DNA of 43,679 nucleotides from a virus (Duplodnaviria; Heunggongvirae; Uroviricota; Caudoviricetes): IMG/VR virus record IMGVR_UViG_2711768009_000009; one strand, 5' to 3'. Shown piece by piece: positions 43,541 to 43,679 of this stretch (position 1 is its first letter; each line of letters starts with the position of its first letter). The notes under the pieces were generated by a model. It saw only the letters and a program-made list of their open reading frames with translations, ran no database searches and was not told where the DNA came from. The position numbers and the translations under genes were made by a program.

Positions 43541-43679
43541 GAGGTGTACTGGCAATAGCGGACACTACCATTTGTTCTTTTTTTAAGCAGCCATCTGATG
43601 ATATTTTTCCCTGAAGGCTGCCGGGGAGATATTCCCCAGACGAGAGTGACGACGCTGACGATTGTAGAAAATCTCAATG
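43541..43679 (-). mobile_element. IS3-family insertion sequence, right end, inverted copy of 1-139
   Basis: Exact reverse complement of window bases 1-139, including the transposase C-terminal codons. Confidence 0.6.

Noticed and set aside
1-43679. CRISPR array, rRNA genes, integrase-type attachment site
   Set aside because: No regularly spaced direct repeats, no rRNA-like sequence, and no tyrosine/serine integrase apart from the Gin invertase; the prophage is of the transposable type

Overview
43.7-kb accessory region of the kind found in Shigella/EIEC chromosomes. Both window edges are exact inverted copies (139 bp) of the right end of an IS3-family insertion sequence. Left part (1-4.3 kb): an ipaH type III effector gene with an upstream MxiE box, then a lambdoid tail-fibre assembly gene and a 5'-truncated tail-fibre gene cut by the 3' end of an IS66-family element. 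Core (about 4.35-43.02 kb): a complete ~38.7-kb Mu-like transposable prophage in reverse orientation (left end at high coordinates): c repressor, ner, transposase A, B, about 15 early genes including gam and gemA, a single Mor/C-family activator, a holin-less lysis cassette (SAR endolysin, spanins, gp25-like), terminase, portal, F, G, I, major head T, sheath, tube, tape measure, N, P, baseplate, tail fibre S and assembly gene U in a Gin-invertible segment (the two N-runs sit where the inversion crossover sites are expected), gin, a 3.3-kb cargo module (NanS-like sialate O-acetylesterase multidomain protein plus small ORFs), and com/mom at the right end. The prophage sits inside an IS66 remnant: tnpB on one side, the last third of tnpC on the other. 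Most interesting unexplained content: the gin-mom cargo module, an AT-rich three-gene island in the early region (including a 47-codon 4xCxxC zinc-ribbon ORF absent from the ORF track), tandem paralogous small early genes, a partial duplication of the small-terminase C-terminus, and several structured noncoding elements. I cannot tell which of these, if any, is a genuinely undescribed system. No rRNA, intact tRNA or CRISPR array seen. All calls come from reading the sequence and ORF translations against recalled family features; no database search or folding program was run, and exact coordinates of hairpins and motifs are hand-counted and may be off by a few bases.
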